In this document: in pieces, positions 26,385 through 35,541 of the stretch
How positions within the stretch are numbered: position 1 is the stretch's first letter
How the letters are laid out: each line of letters opens with the position of its first letter
Source of the DNA: Bacillota bacterium
GTDB lineage: Bacteria; Bacillota; Sulfobacillia; JAJYWN01
NCBI GenBank assembly: GCA_021791495.1
Contig: JAJYWN010000016.1
Coordinates: 38,970 to 102,969, forward strand
Length of the DNA stretch: 64,000 nucleotides
Direction: 5' to 3'
Position numbers and translations under genes: made by a program
Notes under the pieces: model-generated
Told to the model about the DNA's origin: nothing
The model's input: the letters and a program-made list of their open reading frames with translations, nothing else
Database searches by the model: none

Positions 26385-27715
26385 TCTTCAGTCGAAATCT
26401 TCTCTTGGCGGCCGTGTCTTTCTTCCTGTGGTCCGCCTCGTACAACCTCATAGCTCCGTTCCTCCCGCTTCTCGCCAGGGAGTTGGGCGCCACCTCGGTC
26501 CAGATGGGCTTGGTGGGAAGCATCGGAATGCTGGGAGCCGCCACCTTGGTGTTCCCCATCTCGGTCCTGTCCGACCGGGTCGGCCGGCGCCCGGCTCTGG
26601 TCCTGGGATGGGTCGCCAGCGCCGCCGGGATGTTCATCATGTGGCCGGCCCGATCCTGGGCCGGCCTGCTGCCGGGTGTCTTTTTGTCTATGGCGGCGGT
26701 GGCCGCGCTACCGACCTTGAACGCCTTGGCTCTGGAGGAGCTTCCGGCGCCCCGGCGTGCCCGTGGGTTCGCCTTGCTCTACGCCGCCGCACCCCTGGGG
26801 ACCCTCCTGGGGTCGGCGGTGTCGGGGTTCCTCGGCACGCTGGTGGGTCTGCAGGCCAGCACGGCGGTGGCCGGCGCCTGTCTCTTAGGAGCAACTCTGG
26901 TGCTGCTGCCGATCACGGAGCGCCGTCCTGCCGGAGCAGATGAAACTGCCACGGCCGGGGCGGCCGCGAGCGGCAGGCCGGGCGGGTCGACTGGACCGGG
27001 CGGACCGGGCGGACCGGGCGAACGAGGCGGGCCAGGCGGGTCCGCCGCCACCGACGGTCGCCAACCAGGCGGAATACTCCTAGCCCTGTTCAGCGTGATG
27101 TCAGCCGGGGCTCTCTTCCTCATGGGCTTGCCGGGGAGCTTCATCGTTCCCTATGTCAAGGAGGTTTCCCGGGTCAGTCTCGTGCTGGCGGGGCTGGCCG
27201 TTTCGGTCCTGTCCGGCGCCCAGCTGGCCTGGTCGCTACTGTTCTCTACATGGCCGCGGTTTTCCGGGAGAGTCCGGGTGGGGCGTGGCCGGACCGAACT
27301 CGAACTCTCGCGCGCCACACTTCAGGCGATAACTGTTTGCCTGGCCGCCAACGCGCTGTTCGGTCTGCTTCTCCCCTCAGGGTTGGCCGCCGCCGCCGTG
27401 GTCGCTCTGGTCCTTCGGGGCAGTCAGTTTGCCTTGCAGTCTCTGGGATCCGCGCTGATGGGCGATGTCGTACCTGTCGGCCCGGGTCTCAGTACCCGGT
27501 TGACCACCCTCAGCGTGGCGCTGGGAGTCGGCGCCGCTGCCGCCCCGGTGGCGGGGGGATGGCTTTACGGCATCCGGCCCGCGTTGCCCTTTTGGGTCAT
27601 GGCCGCGGCGGCCGCCGTGGGCGCGGTCCTCCTGGCAGCCGTCAACCAGTGGTTGCCGGAAGCCGGCGCCCGGGCCGAGCGCCGCTCCGGCGTGGCGGCA
27701 GGAGAGAATCCGTGA
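26381..27715 (+). CDS. MFS transporter
   Basis: Motif A (LSDRVGRRP); 12 TM with a Gly/Pro-rich central loop. Confidence 0.85.
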   Translation: MIFSRNLLLAAVSFFLWSASYNLIAPFLPLLARELGATSVQMGLVGSIGMLGAATLVFPISVLSDRVGRRPALVLGWVASAAGMFIMWPARSWAGLLPGVFLSMAAVAALPTLNALALEELPAPRRARGFALLYAAAPLGTLLGSAVSGFLGTLVGLQASTAVAGACLLGATLVLLPITERRPAGADETATAGAAASGRPGGSTGPGGPGGPGERGGPGGSAATDGRQPGGILLALFSVMSAGALFLMGLPGSFIVPYVKEVSRVSLVLAGLAVSVLSGAQLAWSLLFSTWPRFSGRVRVGRGRTELELSRATLQAITVCLAANALFGLLLPSGLAAAAVVALVLRGSQFALQSLGSALMGDVVPVGPGLSTRLTTLSVALGVGAAAAPVAGGWLYGIRPALPFWVMAAAAAVGAVLLAAVNQWLPEAGARAERRSGVAAGENP

Positions 27716-27786
27716 ACGGCCAATGCTGTTCCTACCCTGATCGATGGAGGCCCGCCGGCGGGTAGGCGGACACTGTCAAAGAAGGA

Positions 27787-29820
27787 GTGAGGTCGGGCGT
27801 GCTGCGAGCGGAAGAGGCGCTTTCCATAGCCTTGCGTTTCGCCTTCTGGTTCGGCCTTTTCCCGTACATCCTTCTGTCTGGCCGGGGCCGGCCGCGCCTC
27901 GACCGCTTCATGATGGGCCTTCTGGGTTCGCTGGCGCTGGTCATTGTCGAGGGGCAGGTTCTGTCGGCGCTGGGGTTGTGGGAGCCCATATCTGTGTGGG
28001 GTACGGTCTTGGCCTTCATCCTGGCAACGATCGCCCGCCGCCTCCGGGGCGTGAACTGGGAGAGCAAGCTGCTCAAGAGCCTTGAGCGGACCGAGGAAGG
28101 CGGGGTGGAGGAACTCCGGAACCTGGTCGCCAAGGGGCGGGAGAGCGTCTCCAGCCGCCGCCAGAGAAGGCCGTCGGCGAGGCGCGGCGCGCGGGCCGAC
28201 CGGGATGTCCTCGCCTGGGTTGTCGGAGCCGTGGTGATGGCCGGCGCACTGTTCCTCTTATACAATCAGGTGATCAGACACTACTACCTGCCGGCCTCTG
28301 AGTCCTACCAGCACCTGGCGTGGGTCAAGTATCTGCAGAAGTCCCCGGCGACGGTGGGCCAACCCACACATATCTACCAAGAAGGGGTCTATCCCTACGG
28401 CTATCATGCTTTCATATCGGCTCTGAGCCTCCTGGACTTCCTCGATCCCTTCATCGTCATCAGTTTCGCCGGCCCTCTGACCGGCCTCTTGCTCCTTCTG
28501 TCCGTTGGATACGCCGCCTACCGGCTAACCGGCAGGGTGATCTCGGCCGCACTCGCGATGGGCGTTCTGGCTGCCGGTTACTTCGGCTCGGGTGTCACTG
28601 GCGCTTCACGGGCCATCAGCCCTCTCCCTCCGGAGTTCGGGGCCGTCTTCGCCCTTCCCAGCCTGGTGAGCGCATGGCTCTTCCTGAGCACCCGCAGCCG
28701 GGATCAGGCGATCCTGGCGGTCGGGGCGGCCTTTCTGACGGCTGCCGTCTCCCCTTGGGCTTTCTGTTACCTGCTGGTGGCCCTCCTTATCCTCGGCGTG
28801 GTCGCCAGCGCCGCACGCCTGGCTGCCGGGCGGACGGCCGTCCGGCTGTTTCTGGGGGCGGCGGGGGCGGGGATCGTCACCGCGGTCCCCCTTGTGGCCG
28901 CGCGCTTATACGGTATCCCCTTCCATCCCGGCCTTTCGCCATGGTCACCGGGGAAAGGGATCCTGGCCGCCGGCGGAGGGAGCACCGCGGGCGGCTGGAT
29001 CTCGGCGGGGTTTGCCCACGTCGGCCTGGGAGCGGGCGTCTTGCTCCTGGTGGCCGGAGTCATCGGCTGGCGCCGTGGAGAGAAGGCGAACTCTCCCTTG
29101 GCGGTGGGCCTGGGTACCATGATCGTCCTCTCCTTCGTCCTATCGGGAGCCTGGGAAGGGCCGCTCTTCGTGGACCCGGCGCTGGCCAGCCTGCTCTTCG
29201 CTCTTTTCGCGGCGCTGGGAGCGGGACTGGGTCTGAACTTCGTCGCCGATGTCCTGATGTTGAACGGCCGGTGGCGGACGGGGATCGCGGCGGTCCTACT
29301 GATAGGTGCAGTCTTTTATTGGAAGCCGGTCCCGGCGGTGCCGCTCGGCCAGTACGAATACGACGACGAGGCTAAGGCGTATCTGTATATTGTGCACATG
29401 GCCCGGCGGTGGGACTGGACCATCATCTCGACGCAGGCGGCCCTCCCCAAGGTCCTCGGGTACGGTTTCCACATGCAAATTCTGGAGTTTGCCCGAAGCT
29501 ATTCCTACGATCAGATCCGTGAACCTGGCTTCGAACTGGCCACGAAGGATACAGGCGACTTCTTCATCTTCATCGAGAAAGTGCCGCTGGGAACCAAGGA
29601 GACCATCGAACCGAATGCGCAGACGCCTTTCCCGGTGGGCCGGGGGCTGGGCGCCACGACCGATGGATATTACCTGGATCCCCAGGCGCGTGCGAGTATC
29701 ATGGCCAGGTCCTGGGGGTTTGTCGAGGAATACCGGAAGATTCACCCGGATCTGGTGAAAGTCATTGTGGATAACCAGACCTTCCGCGTCTACCGGATCA
29801 CGCATGCGGGGGGACCATAA
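27787..29820 (+). CDS. Polytopic membrane protein, GT-C-like (paralog B)
   Basis: SESYQHLAWVKY...VYPYG; PLPPEFG; same architecture as 18909-20891. Confidence 0.7.
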   Translation: MRSGVLRAEEALSIALRFAFWFGLFPYILLSGRGRPRLDRFMMGLLGSLALVIVEGQVLSALGLWEPISVWGTVLAFILATIARRLRGVNWESKLLKSLERTEEGGVEELRNLVAKGRESVSSRRQRRPSARRGARADRDVLAWVVGAVVMAGALFLLYNQVIRHYYLPASESYQHLAWVKYLQKSPATVGQPTHIYQEGVYPYGYHAFISALSLLDFLDPFIVISFAGPLTGLLLLLSVGYAAYRLTGRVISAALAMGVLAAGYFGSGVTGASRAISPLPPEFGAVFALPSLVSAWLFLSTRSRDQAILAVGAAFLTAAVSPWAFCYLLVALLILGVVASAARLAAGRTAVRLFLGAAGAGIVTAVPLVAARLYGIPFHPGLSPWSPGKGILAAGGGSTAGGWISAGFAHVGLGAGVLLLVAGVIGWRRGEKANSPLAVGLGTMIVLSFVLSGAWEGPLFVDPALASLLFALFAALGAGLGLNFVADVLMLNGRWRTGIAAVLLIGAVFYWKPVPAVPLGQYEYDDEAKAYLYIVHMARRWDWTIISTQAALPKVLGYGFHMQILEFARSYSYDQIREPGFELATKDTGDFFIFIEKVPLGTKETIEPNAQTPFPVGRGLGATTDGYYLDPQARASIMARSWGFVEEYRKIHPDLVKVIVDNQTFRVYRITHAGGP

Positions 29821-29837
29821 CAAAGGGGGAACGAGTC

Positions 29838-30776
29838 GTGGGGGCTGAGGCGGTTGCTAGAGTTCTGGTCACCGGGGGTGCCGGTTTCGTGGGGTCCTAC
29901 GTGGCCAGGGCGTTGCTGGGCGCGGGCCAGGAGGTGGTGATCCTGGACGACCTGTCATCCGGTTTCGCCAGTAACGTTCCGGCCGGGGCCAGACTGGTGG
30001 AAGGTGACATAAGGGACGCCGCCCACCTAGAGCGCGTGCTGGCGGGGACGCGGCCCCAAGGGGTGGTTCATTGCGCCGCACAAGTGGGCGTTAGCGCCTC
30101 GGTAGCCGACCCCATGAACGATCTGGAACGCAACATAGTAGGAACGGTGAGGCTGGTTCAGGCGGCGGCCGCGGCCGGGGTCCGGTCCTTCGTCTACTCT
30201 TCGTCGGCGGCCGTATACGGCAACCCCGAGAGCGTGCCCATCACGGAGACGCATCCCACGAAGCCCCTCAGCCCCTACGGTCTGTCGAAGTTGACAGCCG
30301 AACGGTACGTCGCTCTCCTGGGCGAGCAATACGGCCTGAAATGGGCCTGCCTCCGATACGCCAATATCTTCGGGCCCGGCCAGCGGGCGGCGGGCGACGG
30401 GGCCGTGATACCGACTTTCCTGGAAGCCTTCGCGTCCGGACGCGATCCCGTGATTCAGGGAGACGGAGAGCAGACGCGGGATTTCATCTTCGTGGAAGAC
30501 GTGGCCAAGGCCAACCTCCTGGCTCTTTCGGGTGATGCTTCCGGGGTCTTCAATGTCGGAAGCGGTCAGGCCATGAGTATCAAGGCGCTCTGGCAAGCCG
30601 CGGCGTCCCTCATGGGATGGGACCGGCCGCCCGTCTACGGACCACCGCGTCCCGGTGACATCCGCGACTCCGTCCTGTCGGTGAGCGCCGCTGCCCAGAG
30701 TCTGGGGTGGGGTTCGCAGACGAGGTTCGGCGATGGCCTGCGGGCCACGGTGGCGGCGCTGAGACAGACTCTTTGA
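29838..30776 (+). CDS. galE: UDP-glucose/UDP-GlcNAc 4-epimerase (GalE/PelX-like SDR)
   Basis: TGGAGFVG, HCAAQ, SSSAAVYG, YGLSK, LRYANIFGP, TRDFIFVEDVA. Confidence 0.88.
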   Translation: MGAEAVARVLVTGGAGFVGSYVARALLGAGQEVVILDDLSSGFASNVPAGARLVEGDIRDAAHLERVLAGTRPQGVVHCAAQVGVSASVADPMNDLERNIVGTVRLVQAAAAAGVRSFVYSSSAAVYGNPESVPITETHPTKPLSPYGLSKLTAERYVALLGEQYGLKWACLRYANIFGPGQRAAGDGAVIPTFLEAFASGRDPVIQGDGEQTRDFIFVEDVAKANLLALSGDASGVFNVGSGQAMSIKALWQAAASLMGWDRPPVYGPPRPGDIRDSVLSVSAAAQSLGWGSQTRFGDGLRATVAALRQTL

Positions 30777-30863
30777 GCACAGCTAGCGTTCACGGTGACC
30801 CTGCACTCCCGAGGTAGTCCCGCGATTGGCCACCGCGTCGTCCTTTTTCGGCAAAGGTTCTCA

Positions 30864-30893
30864 TTGAGCAGAAGGTTCCCGCGGTGCTAGAAT
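30864..30893 (+). promoter_or_regulatory. Putative sigma-A promoter for the yihY-family gene
   Basis: TTGAGC-18 bp-TAGAAT with TGn extension. Confidence 0.45.
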
Positions 30894-30902
30894 GTCAGGG
30901 AG

Positions 30903-31853
30903 ATGAAGCCAATAACCCACGCTTACGCAGGTATTTTACACCTTTTCCGTTCGTACGCCCGGCACGATGGCGCTTTCATCGCCGCCGCCATCTCTTTTTA
31001 CGGCTTGCTATCGTTGTTCCCGTTGTTGCTGGTGACCGTGGCGATTCTGAACGGGCTCTTTCCGACGGCGCCGGTCCTGGCCGATATCGTGAGACAAATC
31101 GAGGCCGTGGCCCCCGGCTCCGGCGCGCTCATTGGGGGCACGCTGGGCGAGGCTTTGCGGGCGCGGCCGCAGCTCAGTGTCTTGGCGGCGCTGACCTTGC
31201 TCTGGTCTGCCTCCGGAGTCTTCTCGGCCATTTCTCGGGCCCTGAACCGGATCTATCATGTCAAGTCGCCACGCACCTTCATCGGTCACCGGTTGATGGC
31301 GCTGGCGGTGGCGGTGGTGGGGATGGTGGCCTTCATGGCGCCGTTCGTTGTGACCATTGCCGTCCAGTTGGGCGAGAGGCTGCCCTTCAACGTCCTGGGC
31401 CTGAAACTGCTGAGCCAGACCCCTTTTTGGCGGGCGGTCTCGGTGGGTGGCACGTTCCTGATGACGCTGGCCGCCTTCACCGTGATCTATTGGCGCCTGC
31501 CGAACCACCGGCCGCCGCTCACGGCCAAAGAAGTCTTCCCCGGGGCCTTGATCGGCGCCACGGTTTTTGAGGCGGCCAAACGCGCCTTCACCTGGTATAT
31601 CCCAAACCTGTCGAAGTACCGTCTGGTCTATGGTTCGCTGACAGCCGTGGTCGTGCTCTTGATGTACTTCTATATCGGGTCCAGTCTGCTGTTGTTCGGC
31701 GCGGAGATCTCGGCGGCCTACCCGTGGCGGAACCGCGCGGGCCACGAACAAGAGGAAAGCGATCCGTCCGGCGCCAGCCCGGCGCCCGCCAAGCCCGCCA
31801 AGCCCGCCAAGCCCCGGCGCCGGTGGCGCCGCAAGCGCCACGACGCCGCCTAA
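30903..31853 (+). CDS. YihY/BrkB (virulence factor) family membrane protein
   Basis: AAAISFYGLLSLFPLL, ALNRIY, YGSLTAVVVLLMYFY. Confidence 0.9.
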   Translation: MKPITHAYAGILHLFRSYARHDGAFIAAAISFYGLLSLFPLLLVTVAILNGLFPTAPVLADIVRQIEAVAPGSGALIGGTLGEALRARPQLSVLAALTLLWSASGVFSAISRALNRIYHVKSPRTFIGHRLMALAVAVVGMVAFMAPFVVTIAVQLGERLPFNVLGLKLLSQTPFWRAVSVGGTFLMTLAAFTVIYWRLPNHRPPLTAKEVFPGALIGATVFEAAKRAFTWYIPNLSKYRLVYGSLTAVVVLLMYFYIGSSLLLFGAEISAAYPWRNRAGHEQEESDPSGASPAPAKPAKPAKPRRRWRRKRHDAA

Positions 31854-31951
31854 AGGGCTGGCCCAAGCCTGCCATGGAAAGATAAGAGACATTCACCGAG
31901 CGGGCGCACGACGGGCATGGGCGCTCGCCGGTTATCAGGAGGCGGTCTGGT

Positions 31952-33814
31952 TTGGCGCTTTCCAAAGAGACCTTGAAAGACATCGCCCGCGACTATTTCC
32001 GCCGCGAGGTAGAGGACAGCGTGCTGGAGGATTCGGCTTCCCGGGTCCGCACCATTCTGGCCTGGATCAGCACCGTGGAGCAGGCCAGGGCCCGGGACCT
32101 GGAACCCTCGGCGATCTTCGACGCGGCCGACCCGGCGTGGGATGTGCAGGCCGCCGGGTCGCGGCTCCACCCTGGAAGAGGAGCTTGGGAGACGGTGGGT
32201 CCGGTCGGACCGGGCGGCAGCGGTTATGGTCTGCCGCCTGGACAGGGGACTGGCAAGGGGGCCATAGGTGCCCCGCAGGCGGGTGTCGCACAAGGCAACA
32301 CTCCGTCGTCCGCGCCGGCGGAACCGTCGTCAACGGCGGCGGCGAAGGCGCCGGCACGCCAACCCTTGGGACTCCCCATTCCGGGTCTCCTGGCCATGAG
32401 CCTGAGCGAAGCCGCCGCCCGCGTCCGAAATAGGCAAGTCTCTCCGGTGGATCTGGTTCAGGCGGCCCTGGACCGCATTACCGACCTGAACCCTAAGAAC
32501 TCCGCCTTCATTACCATCACCGGCGATCAAGCCCTAGAGCAGGCGCACCGCGCCCAAGAGGCCATCGCCCAGGGCCGGGCCGGTTCCCTTGGTCCCCTGG
32601 CCGGCGTGCCCATCGGCGTGAAGGACATCATTAGGACGGCTGGGGTACGCACCACCTGCGGCTCGCGCCTTCTGGCCGAGTACATCCCGGACGAAGATGC
32701 CGCGGTGGTCCAGCGCCTGCGTTCCGCCGGGGCCATCATGGTCGGGAAGACAAACACCCACGAGTTCGCCTTCGGGGCCACTGGGGTGAACCCGAACTAT
32801 GGCGCCGCCCGCAATCCCAACGACCCTAACCGCGTTTCCGGCGGCTCCAGCAGCGGCTCCGCCGTGGCCGTGACCACCGGCATGGTCTTCGGCGCCCTGG
32901 GTACCGATACCGGCGGCTCCATCCGCATCCCCGCCGCCGCGTGCGGCGCCGTTGGGCTGAAGCCCACCTACGGCCGCGTCAGCAAGCGCGGCATTTTTCC
33001 GCTCAGCTGGTCTTTGGACCACGCCGGCCCCATCACGCGCACCGTGCGCGACGCCGCCCTCCTCCTTCAGGTGCTGGCCGGCCCCGACCCCTTGGACCCC
33101 TCCACCGCCGCTCGTCCGGTGCCCGATTACTCCAAGGCGCTGGACCGCGCCGCCACCGACGGTCTGAAAGGGTTGAAAGTCGGCGTGCCGCACGCGTGGC
33201 TGACGACTCGCCTCCAGCCCGGCGTCCGCGCCCATTACGAGGCGGCGCTGAAGGCCTTGGCGGGCCTCGGGGCCGAGGTGGTGGAGGCCGACTACCCGCC
33301 GGCCGACCCCATGATGCTGGCCAACCGCCTGCTGGCCCTGACCGAAGCTGCCGCCTATCACGCGCCCTTCCTGGCGGACCCCGCCAAGGCGCGCCTCTAC
33401 GGCGCCGACGTCCGCGCCCGCCTGGAGATGGGCCAGTACATCATGGCCCGCGACTACATCCTGGGCCAGCGGCTGCGCGGCGAGATCGCCTGGGTAGTGG
33501 CGAAAACCATGGCCCAGGTGGACGTACTGGCCATGCCCACCCTGCCGGTGGTGGCGCCCCTTATCGGTCAGGACTTTGTGGACTGGCCGGAAGGGGCCGG
33601 ACAAGGGGAGGCGGCGGCGCCCGCCCGCGAGGCGGTGCCCGATGCCCTCATCCGGTTCACCGCGCCCATCAACGTCACCGGCCAGCCCACCATCTCGGTG
33701 CCCTGCGGGTTCGCGGAACCAGGTCTTCCGGTGGGGCTGCAGATCGTGGGGCGGGCTTTCGATGAGGAGACCGTGTTGCGGGTGGCCGCGGCCTACGAGG
33801 CGGCGCGGAGTTAG
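31952..33814 (+). CDS. Amidase-signature enzyme (GatA/AtzE-like) with N-terminal ~60-aa GatC-like segment
   Basis: GVKDII, GKTNTHEFAFG, SGGSSSGS, GTDTGGSIRIPAA. Confidence 0.9.
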   Translation: MALSKETLKDIARDYFRREVEDSVLEDSASRVRTILAWISTVEQARARDLEPSAIFDAADPAWDVQAAGSRLHPGRGAWETVGPVGPGGSGYGLPPGQGTGKGAIGAPQAGVAQGNTPSSAPAEPSSTAAAKAPARQPLGLPIPGLLAMSLSEAAARVRNRQVSPVDLVQAALDRITDLNPKNSAFITITGDQALEQAHRAQEAIAQGRAGSLGPLAGVPIGVKDIIRTAGVRTTCGSRLLAEYIPDEDAAVVQRLRSAGAIMVGKTNTHEFAFGATGVNPNYGAARNPNDPNRVSGGSSSGSAVAVTTGMVFGALGTDTGGSIRIPAAACGAVGLKPTYGRVSKRGIFPLSWSLDHAGPITRTVRDAALLLQVLAGPDPLDPSTAARPVPDYSKALDRAATDGLKGLKVGVPHAWLTTRLQPGVRAHYEAALKALAGLGAEVVEADYPPADPMMLANRLLALTEAAAYHAPFLADPAKARLYGADVRARLEMGQYIMARDYILGQRLRGEIAWVVAKTMAQVDVLAMPTLPVVAPLIGQDFVDWPEGAGQGEAAAPAREAVPDALIRFTAPINVTGQPTISVPCGFAEPGLPVGLQIVGRAFDEETVLRVAAAYEAARS

Positions 33815-33819
33815 GGTGG

Positions 33820-34389
33820 TCAGGCCCTGGCCAGCACCACTCCGAACTGGCGCGCTTTATCCAGTAACTCCTCGTTCTCGGCCACGTCGCCGAGATTCTC
33901 CGCCTGCCCGCAGATGTACCCCATCCAGCGCATGTTGGCGTAGTCGGCGGCCTGGCGCACCACGTTGATGACGTTGGACACGCCGGCGGCCGCGGGGTCG
34001 GCGTCACCGTAGACGACGGCGAGGGCGAGCTTCTTCCCTTGGAGAGTGCGGATCCGCTCGCCGCTGCTGAAAGGTAGGAGCCGGTCCAGGAAGACCTTGG
34101 TCTGGGCCGATAAGGAGAAGAAGTAGACCGGCGTACCCACTAGCAGACAGTCGGCCTCCGCCACCTTTGGGTAGAGGTCACGCATGTCATCTTCCTTGAA
34201 ACAATAGTCGGCGTTTGGGTCCGCCTGAATGCAAGTCTCACAAGCGTCGCAGAACTCGATGCGCAGTTCGGCGAGGTTCACTTTCTCCACTCCGGCCCCC
34301 ACCGAAGCCGCACCCTCCAAAATGGCGGAAACCAGAGCATCGGTATTGCCCTCCTTGCGGGGGCTACCCACCGCGGCCAGCACTTTCAT
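33820..34389 (-). CDS. Flavodoxin-like NAD(P)H-FMN reductase / iron-sulfur flavoprotein family
   Basis: GSPRKEGNT, CDACETC...C, GTPVYF, KVFLDR. Confidence 0.88.
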   Translation of the reverse strand: MKVLAAVGSPRKEGNTDALVSAILEGAASVGAGVEKVNLAELRIEFCDACETCIQADPNADYCFKEDDMRDLYPKVAEADCLLVGTPVYFFSLSAQTKVFLDRLLPFSSGERIRTLQGKKLALAVVYGDADPAAAGVSNVINVVRQAADYANMRWMGYICGQAENLGDVAENEELLDKARQFGVVLARA

Positions 34390-34531
34390 GCCTTTCGACC
34401 TCCCGCGCCACCTTCTCGCGACTATCTAGCATGCTCTGAGCCGCTGCGCAGGAAACACAAGGCGCAGCCCGAATCCTTTCTCGCGCCGATTCGGGAAAGC
34501 TAGGGCGGCGGAAGGTGGCAAAGGAGCCGCT

Positions 34532-35146
34532 ATGGACGTAATGGATGAACGACATCACGAGGGTGGGCCGGCGGCCGGGACGGCAGTCGGAACGGGGACC
34601 GGTGCCGGTGGCCCCAGCGCCTTTCGGCCGGAATCGGGTGGTGGCAGTAGCACGTTTCGGCCCGAACCCGGCGGCGCCAGCAGCCTGGAGGTGGCCCGCG
34701 CGGCCATCCGCCTGGCCATCAGCGCCGACCGCGAAGAGGAGCGCGTCTTGAAGGAGGAGTACCGGCGCCGCGGTATCCGAACGGCGGCGGTGGACCACGG
34801 CGGCGAGTACGTCTTGTCCATTCGGAAGCTAATCGAGAAAGCGGTGGTGGCCGCCAAGCGCGAAGGCGTGGTGGGTGAGTCACACCTGGAGGAGGGTGCC
34901 GTGGCCGGGGCGGCCCACGAGGCCGTCAGCAAGTTCGGCGAGAAGGCGCTGGGGCTAAACATCGGCGGAAAGATGGGACTGGCCAGCCAAGGGGAACACG
35001 TGGTGGTGGCCTTCTTCGCGAACGTGGGCCTCCTTCACCTGAATGAAGTGGGCGTCTCCATGGCCCACCGGCCGGTGCCGCGCCGTCCACAGGGTGCGGG
35101 CGTGGGTGTGCCGCCGAAAGCTGAGTCCGGCCCGCGTTGGGAGTAA
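34532..35146 (+). CDS. HutP-family RNA-binding protein with low-complexity N-terminus
   Basis: AAVDHGGE, AAKREGVV, EGAVAGAAHEA, GGKMG, GLLHLNE...AHR. Confidence 0.8.
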   Translation: MDVMDERHHEGGPAAGTAVGTGTGAGGPSAFRPESGGGSSTFRPEPGGASSLEVARAAIRLAISADREEERVLKEEYRRRGIRTAAVDHGGEYVLSIRKLIEKAVVAAKREGVVGESHLEEGAVAGAAHEAVSKFGEKALGLNIGGKMGLASQGEHVVVAFFANVGLLHLNEVGVSMAHRPVPRRPQGAGVGVPPKAESGPRWE

Positions 35147-35160
35147 TGATCCGCGCCCCT

Positions 35161-35261
35161 TGTTGCTCCTCGGGCTTGTTGCTCCTCGTACTCTGTTGCT
35201 CCTCGTAGTCTGTTGCTCCTCGTACTCTGTTGCTCCTCGTAGTCTGTTGCCCCTCGTACTC
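35161..35261. repeat. Tandem repeat, 6 copies of a ~17-bp unit TGTTGCTCCTCGTA(C/G)TC
   Basis: Units start at 35161, 35177, 35194, 35211, 35228 and 35245; TACTC and TAGTC endings alternate. Confidence 0.95.
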
Positions 35262-35262
35262 C

Positions 35263-35291
35263 TGGACACCGGCGGGCGCTGGGTGTAAAAT
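35263..35291 (+). promoter_or_regulatory. Sigma-A promoter for thiT-thiN
   Basis: TGGACA-17 bp-TAAAAT, directly upstream of the TPP aptamer. Confidence 0.65.
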
Positions 35292-35311
35292 AACCGCAAA
35301 ACCACATATTG

Positions 35312-35400
35312 CCCCACGGGGGAGCCCTTTAGGCTGAGAGGCGGGCACGGAAGCCCGCGACCCCGACACCTGATCTGGATAATACCAGCGTAGGAAGTGG
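35312..35400 (+). ncRNA. TPP riboswitch
   Basis: GGGG...GCTGAGA...GACCC...ACCTGATCTGGATAATACCAGCGTAGGAAG; P1 CCAC/GTGG; upstream of thiT. Confidence 0.95.
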
Positions 35401-35541
35401 AGCTGACCGAGGAAGACAGACCGGCCGCGTCCCCGACTAAAGGTGTCGCGGCCTTCGTTATTGGCTCATCCTCCGTGAGGGCGCCAACCAAGCACCCCAC
35501 GGGCGTCACCCGCGCCCCCGGGGGAAGGAGGCGAAAGTAGG

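Noticed and set aside
35161-35261. Repeat array as a CRISPR, and the short ORFs it creates (34955-35509, 35035-35307, 35043-35288)
   Set aside because: Units are contiguous 17-mers with no unique spacers and no cas genes; the ORFs overlap the riboswitch or hutP and only translate the repeat.
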